Below are positions 59,235 to 64,000 of a DNA stretch of 64,000 nucleotides, in pieces (position 1 is the first letter of the stretch; every line of letters begins with the position of its first letter). The position numbers and the translations under genes are program-made. Origin of the DNA: an uncultured Bacteroidia bacterium (GTDB taxonomy: Bacteria; Bacteroidota; Bacteroidia; Bacteroidales; CAJPTX01). Under the pieces are notes generated by a model. That model searched no databases, was not told where the DNA came from, and was given only the letters and a program-made list of their open reading frames with translations. The stretch is taken from the NCBI GenBank assembly GCA_963546395.1, contig CAUUMS010000004.1, forward strand, positions 73,635-137,634, in the 5' to 3' direction.

Positions 59235-59360
59235 CCGCCGCACCCCGCTCCGTCCGTCCACACAAGGGCTATAGCCCCGCATCACCGCGCAACGAGGTAG
59301 AGTCTCCGTCCCTCGCTGCGCGGCAACATGCGCTGGCCTTCTCCGTTCCAACGATACACT

Positions 59361-59410
59361 AAGTCCGTATTTGGCATGGCAAATACGGACTTGATACGGT
59401 GTTGGTGGGT
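59361..59410. repeat. Recurrent intergenic hairpin element, copy C
   Basis: AAGTCCGTATTT-ggcatggc-AAATACGGACTT (12-bp perfect stem, 8-nt loop) followed by GATACGGTGTTGGTGGGT. Coordinates were cross-checked against an overlapping ORF-track frame. Confidence 0.65.
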
Positions 59411-59578
59411 TAGATCCTCCGTGCTACTAGCCACGCCTCGCCATCGAACTTGCAGGCCCGTGGCTTGTTTAACGATAAGTGCGTATATCTTCACGCTAGT
59501 ATACACTATCCTCAGGTGGCACCCATCCATCACCCTCGTAGACAGGGGTCACGGGAGCCACGAGCCGTAGAAACACTT

Positions 59579-59586
59579 TACATTTG
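59579..59586 (+). promoter_or_regulatory. Candidate -7 box (TACATTTG) for the C25 peptidase gene
   Basis: 21 nt upstream of the ATG at 59608. It overlaps the TTG used as the start by the ORF track, which supports the ATG at 59608. Confidence 0.45.
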
Positions 59587-59607
59587 TACTATTCAAGTCA
59601 TGATACG

Positions 59608-62600
59608 ATGCGGAGATTCTGCTCAAGGAATCTGGGGACACTAGGGACGCTTCTGCTCCTACTGCTGTGGCACGCTGCCTCCGCGCAAAAACCATTGCCA
59701 CGCATTCTCCACGATGGGGGCGACTCGCTCGTGCTAGAGCTGGAGTTCCCCCGACCCCACTTCGAGCCGCTCGACGATCCTGAGCGCTGGGTGCTGCCCA
59801 CCCTTCCGGGGGCTGTGAGCCGCAACGAGGAGGGGAGCCCGCAGCTGCCTATGCTAGCTCTTCCCTACGCCGTGCGGCGTGCCTCGGGCCTTCGCGTGTA
59901 CACCCTCGACAGTCAGGACACACTTTACACCGACATCCGCATCGCCCCATCGCGAGGGCGCATCACCCGGGATGAGGATCCGAGCCTTCGCCCGCGCCGT
60001 GAGGGGCCCATCTATCAGCAGGATGCCTACTACCCGCGTGAAATCGTGCAGGTGGGCAGCGTGTATCAGCTGCACGAGCAGCTGGGGCAAAGCCTGGTGC
60101 TCAACCCCTTGCAGTATAACCCGCAAAGGCGCACGCTACGTGCCGTGCGCAGGATGCGCATTGCGCTCACCGGCCTGAAGAGCGATCGCGCCATAGAGGC
60201 CGTCATCAACTCCTCATCCCACAGCAACGCCATAGAAGAGCAGTTCTCCCCCCGCAGCGTGCGTCGCACCCGGGGTGACAAGCGAGAGGGACTGCTCATT
60301 GTCTCCCCACCCCGCTACAAGGAGGCCCTAAGCCCCCTCATCAAGTGGAAACGTCTCAGCGGCTTACGGGTGGAGTGGCAGCCGTTTGGCGACCCGAATG
60401 ATCCCCGGAGCATCAATGACACCGCCGAGCTGAAGGCCCTCATTCGGGATCGATACACCTCGCCCGAGGGGCTGCACTACGTGCTTCTGGTGGGTTCGCG
60501 CGCAGAAGTACCCCCTCTCCGCCGCATGGGTGCTAGGCGTACGTCGGACAGCGACCAGGCCTACGGGCAAATACAGGGCAACGACAGCTACAACGAGGTG
60601 TATGTGGGTCGATTTTCGGCCCGCACCGTGGAGCACGTACAGCTACAGGTGAGCAAGACAATTCGCTACGAGCGCAATCTGAACCGCGCCGACCGCTGGC
60701 TGGGGAGCGCGCTAGGCATCGCCTCAAACTCCACATTCAAGGGAGATCGGGGAGAGACCGATCGCGAGCACATGCGCCTCATCGCAAAGATGTTGGGGAA
60801 AGAGGCCTACATCAACTCCGACTCGCTCTTCGAGGGCCAAAAGGGGGCCACCTCGCTGAACCTGGCGCAGAAGCTGAATGCGGGAATAGGGTACATCAAC
60901 TACGTGGGGCACGGCTTCGCCAGACGCTGGGCCACCACTGGGTTTTCAGTGGATGACATCGGCATCTTGACGCACCTTCGGGCCACGCCCTTCATCGTGG
61001 ATGTGGCCTGCTCCAACGGCGATATGCAAGAGGCCGATCCCTGCTTCGCCGAGGCCTGGCTGTGGGCTAAGCAGGGTAAGACCCCCACGGGGGCCGTAGC
61101 TATCTGTGCCGCCAGCGATCTACAGGCGTGGGATCAGCCCATGCGGGCCCAGGACGCATTCGTCGAGTATGTGGCAGGCCAGCACGGCAGCAAAGTCATC
61201 CGCTACGGGGCCGTAATGGCTCGCGCTGTGGCCGAGATGCTCAACGCCTACCCCACTGGCACAGAAGCCCGTGAGACGGCCAACACATGGAACATCTTCG
61301 GCGATCCGTCGGTGATGCTGCGCACGCACATTCCTAGTCCGCTAACCGTGACGTACGATGCCCTACTACATGATGGCCAGCAGGATTACGCGCTATCGGT
61401 GGACGTTGCAGGAGCCCTAGCTGTGGCCTGCATCACGTCAGCAGAAGGGAAGGAACGATTCCATTACACCACAGCCTCAGGGGGGAAGGCCGTCTTCAAC
61501 AACTTAGCCCTTCGGAAAGGCGAGCGAGTGGAGTTCGCCGTCACAGCCTTCAATCACGAGAGTTTTCTGTCCCCCGTCATCACAGTGGGCAAGGGCACGG
61601 AGGCCCGGGCGGAGCTGATGGATGCCCAGCTGCATCACGATGGCGGAGAGCCCGCGGTGAGCGTGAGCCCTGGTGAGACGATCAAGCTGCGCGCGGCTGT
61701 GTGCTACAAGGCGGGGCCCCTGCCCGCTAGCAATGTGCGCATACGTTACACCGTAGAGCCGGAACAAGCTGCTAAAATCTTGACCGATCAGGAGGAGATA
61801 CTCCCCGAGTTCACCGAGCATGGGTGCACGGGGCTCGCCACGCGCTGCAAGCTTCAGCTGGGAGGCGATCTGAACAACGGCGACCAGGTGAGCCTGCATG
61901 CTGAGATTCTCGTGAATGGGGACGTAAGCTCAAAGCTCACGCTGTCGACCATCGTGGGTGCCCCTGCCATCCGCATAGACAGCGCACGGATCGTGTCTGA
62001 TGCTGACAAGGATCATCGCATCGCCGCGGGAGAGGCTTTCACCCTGGGCGTATGGGTGAGCAACGTCGGATCCGCATCGGTGAAAGACGCACGCCTCGTT
62101 GCGCATTTCGCCGCCGGGGGGCAATCCTCAGACAAGCAGACCCCCATTGGCACGCTAGCCCCTAACGCGCAGACGATGGCCTCTATAGAGCTCGTCATGC
62201 CCGCTTCGGGGGTGGATAGCACCTCTATTTGCCAGGTGAGGGTGACCCCGCATTGGAGGAATTCAGAGGGGCCCACCACACGCAGCATCGTACCCATGGG
62301 GCGGAACTACCTTAAGCATCCCCCCGAGGAGGTAGGCTACCCCTTCGCGCAGGCCGGTCTACAGCAAATCACTCGCATCCTGCTACCCAATGAGCTGCTG
62401 GGCAGCAACAACCGACGCGTCAAGGGTGTGGAGATCCCCGTGCGGTTCGAGGGCGGCAACGAGGGGCAAATGCTACGTGCACGTGCCTTTCTACAAACGG
62501 CAGAGGACACCTCGTGGAAGGAGGTTGGCGATTTCGACGCCCTATTCCGCCAGTCGCCCAACATTGAGCTCCCCGTGAAAAGGGGGCTGGTGACTATCCC

Positions 62601-63528
62601 GTTTGACTTTTTCGACATCGCAGACCTACAACCCGTTTGCCTCACCATCGTCGCAGAAGGTGACGCGGCGATGCGTCCGTACGCCGTGGAGGCTTTGCGC
62701 GCAAATGCGCCCCGCACGGTGAGCTACACCAAGCAGGCCGACGGGACGGTGGCGATGGCCTACCACATGCACACGCCACGCATGCGACTGATCGATGCGG
62801 GCCTATGCCGCTACCACTTCCACGTGCTGGCGCCAAATGGTAAACCCACGCGTAACTTCAGGCTCCAGATCGGCGAATGGATATGGAATGGCTCAGGGGG
62901 GCGAAGGATGGAGGTGTTCGTGGGTGAGGGGCACCATGAGCTCAAATTCACCTCGAGCATGTACCGTGATGTCACCGTTAAGCGCACCCTTGTGGGAGGT
63001 TCCGTATACGATACCATACAGCTACAGGCAGCCGATACGGTGCGGCTAATGCTACTCGTGCAAGATCAGGATGGCCGCCCCATTGAGCAAGCTATCGTAC
63101 GCATTGGGAACCAGGAGCGACGCACGAACTCCATAGGCAAACTGATACTCGCCATTGTGCCGGGCTCCTACACACTGACGGCCTCGGCCCCAGGATTCGA
63201 GGTGCTCACTAGTCCCTTCGCGGTGAACAAGACCAATGCGCCGGCCGTGATAACCCTTCGGGACGAGTCCTCAACGGCTGTCGAGGAGCGGAGTACGCTG
63301 GCCGTGTGGCCCAATCCGAGCCGGGAACGTATCACAGTGAAGAGTCCGTTCCACACGGGGCACCTCACGATTTACAGCACCACGGGGCAAGTTGTCAAAC
63401 GGCAGTCGGTGGATGGACTAGAGACGGGGGTCGACGTGTCGGTGCTGGGAGACGGGATCTACCTCGTGGAGGTAACAGGCCCTGAGGGTAACACGCTACG
63501 GAGCCACTTCGTGAAAAGCACCCGTTAA
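59608..63528 (+). CDS. Gingipain-family (C25) cysteine peptidase with long C-terminal extension and T9SS CTD
   Basis: Signal peptide MRRFCSRNLGTLGTLLLLLLWHAASAQ, then an N-terminal propeptide-like region. C25 core ~60283..61325 (LLIVSPPRY..., YVLLVGSRAEVPP, DQAYG). Catalytic His in INYVGHGF (codon 60910..60912) and Cys in VDVACSNGD (codon 61009..61011). CARDB-like modules and a CarboxypepD_reg-like module (VRLMLLVQDQDGRPIEQAIVRIGNQ...) follow, then the CTD. Confidence 0.85.
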   Translation: MRRFCSRNLGTLGTLLLLLLWHAASAQKPLPRILHDGGDSLVLELEFPRPHFEPLDDPERWVLPTLPGAVSRNEEGSPQLPMLALPYAVRRASGLRVYTLDSQDTLYTDIRIAPSRGRITRDEDPSLRPRREGPIYQQDAYYPREIVQVGSVYQLHEQLGQSLVLNPLQYNPQRRTLRAVRRMRIALTGLKSDRAIEAVINSSSHSNAIEEQFSPRSVRRTRGDKREGLLIVSPPRYKEALSPLIKWKRLSGLRVEWQPFGDPNDPRSINDTAELKALIRDRYTSPEGLHYVLLVGSRAEVPPLRRMGARRTSDSDQAYGQIQGNDSYNEVYVGRFSARTVEHVQLQVSKTIRYERNLNRADRWLGSALGIASNSTFKGDRGETDREHMRLIAKMLGKEAYINSDSLFEGQKGATSLNLAQKLNAGIGYINYVGHGFARRWATTGFSVDDIGILTHLRATPFIVDVACSNGDMQEADPCFAEAWLWAKQGKTPTGAVAICAASDLQAWDQPMRAQDAFVEYVAGQHGSKVIRYGAVMARAVAEMLNAYPTGTEARETANTWNIFGDPSVMLRTHIPSPLTVTYDALLHDGQQDYALSVDVAGALAVACITSAEGKERFHYTTASGGKAVFNNLALRKGERVEFAVTAFNHESFLSPVITVGKGTEARAELMDAQLHHDGGEPAVSVSPGETIKLRAAVCYKAGPLPASNVRIRYTVEPEQAAKILTDQEEILPEFTEHGCTGLATRCKLQLGGDLNNGDQVSLHAEILVNGDVSSKLTLSTIVGAPAIRIDSARIVSDADKDHRIAAGEAFTLGVWVSNVGSASVKDARLVAHFAAGGQSSDKQTPIGTLAPNAQTMASIELVMPASGVDSTSICQVRVTPHWRNSEGPTTRSIVPMGRNYLKHPPEEVGYPFAQAGLQQITRILLPNELLGSNNRRVKGVEIPVRFEGGNEGQMLRARAFLQTAEDTSWKEVGDFDALFRQSPNIELPVKRGLVTIPFDFFDIADLQPVCLTIVAEGDAAMRPYAVEALRANAPRTVSYTKQADGTVAMAYHMHTPRMRLIDAGLCRYHFHVLAPNGKPTRNFRLQIGEWIWNGSGGRRMEVFVGEGHHELKFTSSMYRDVTVKRTLVGGSVYDTIQLQAADTVRLMLLVQDQDGRPIEQAIVRIGNQERRTNSIGKLILAIVPGSYTLTASAPGFEVLTSPFAVNKTNAPAVITLRDESSTAVEERSTLAVWPNPSRERITVKSPFHTGHLTIYSTTGQVVKRQSVDGLETGVDVSVLGDGIYLVEVTGPEGNTLRSHFVKSTR
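63292..63525 (+). other. T9SS type-A CTD of the C25 peptidase
   Basis: STLAVWPNPSRERITVKSPFHTGHLTIYSTTGQVVKRQSVDGLETGVDVSVLGDGIYLVEVTGPEGNTLRSHFVKSTR. Confidence 0.78.
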
Positions 63529-63594
63529 GCTAGGAGCGGCCCTTCTGCACGGCCTCAATGGGCTAAGGGTAGGATATAGGCTCTCTGGGAGGTA

Positions 63595-64000
63595 CTACAC
63601 TGCGTGCGTGGCGTAGTGGGCCGCTATGCGCACGATGACCTCACTGGCCTTGGCAAGGCTCCGCACGGGCAAATACTCGTAGGGGCCATGGAAGTTGTGC
63701 CCACCTGCAAAGAGATTGGGACAGGGAAGGCCTCTCCAGCTCAGGTTTGCCCCATCGGTGCCGCCGCGTATAGGTAGCTCCACAGGCTTTAGACCCGCTG
63801 CCTCCATGGCCGTGCGGGCCGTCTCCACCACATGCATGTGGGGCTGAATGCACTCGAGCATGTTACGGTACTGATCCTCCAGCACCACTGACACGCAGGG
63901 ACTCTGGTAGAGGCGATTGAGATGCTCCGCCACGGCCATAAGCTTCTGCTTGCGCTGCTGAAACCGCTCGGCATCATGATCGCGGATGATGTAGTGGAGC
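63595..64000 (-). CDS. pepT: Peptidase T (tripeptide aminopeptidase, M20B), C-terminal part; gene continues past the right edge
   Basis: ...IIRDHDAERFQQRKQKLMAVAEHL...LEDQYRNM...PIRGGTDGANLSWRGLPCPNLFAGGHNFHGPYEYLPVRSLAKASEVIVRIA... aligns by eye with the E. coli PepT C-terminus. The reading frame is open to position 64000. Confidence 0.9.
   Translation of the reverse strand, partial: LHYIIRDHDAERFQQRKQKLMAVAEHLNRLYQSPCVSVVLEDQYRNMLECIQPHMHVVETARTAMEAAGLKPVELPIRGGTDGANLSWRGLPCPNLFAGGHNFHGPYEYLPVRSLAKASEVIVRIAAHYATHAV

Overview
This is a visibly GC-rich chromosomal window from a Bacteroidota, Bacteroidales-like organism; GC was not computed and I cannot name a genus. The assignment rests on three things: the synteny rpsU-xerC-hpf-tRNA(Thr,Tyr,Gly,Thr)-tuf-tRNA(Trp)-secE-nusG-rplKAJL-rpoBC, recurrent TAnnTTTG -7 promoter boxes, and three proteins with type-A T9SS C-terminal sorting domains. 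Nearly everything from 1 to 57.3 kb is on the minus strand.

Core content: the ribosomal/RNAP cluster (1-11.4 kb), dtd, valS, ispG, typA, copA, a cation/proton antiporter, seven tRNAs, and a four-gene overlapping operon (mtaB-suhB-lpxL-like-GT2).

Accessory or unusual content:
- Two adjacent giant T9SS cargo genes: a 1554-aa BspA-type LRR protein and a ~3027-aa mosaic subtilase.
- A 1306-aa gingipain-family (C25) T9SS cargo. The three cargo genes together are about 17.7 kb, roughly 28% of the window.
- Two methyl-accepting chemotaxis proteins with no che genes nearby. One has a 136-aa proline-rich tail ending in an NWETF-like pentapeptide (DYESF).
- Tandem EptA-like phosphoethanolamine-transferase paralogues.
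- A hairpin-containing intergenic element present three times.

I recognised no rRNA, CRISPR array, transposase, phage gene or known defence/toxin system. CDS starts were refined by arithmetic on the ORF track. tRNA, hairpin and promoter coordinates were mapped by hand and may be off by 1-2 nt. No database search or computation was run; all homology calls come from motifs recognised by eye.
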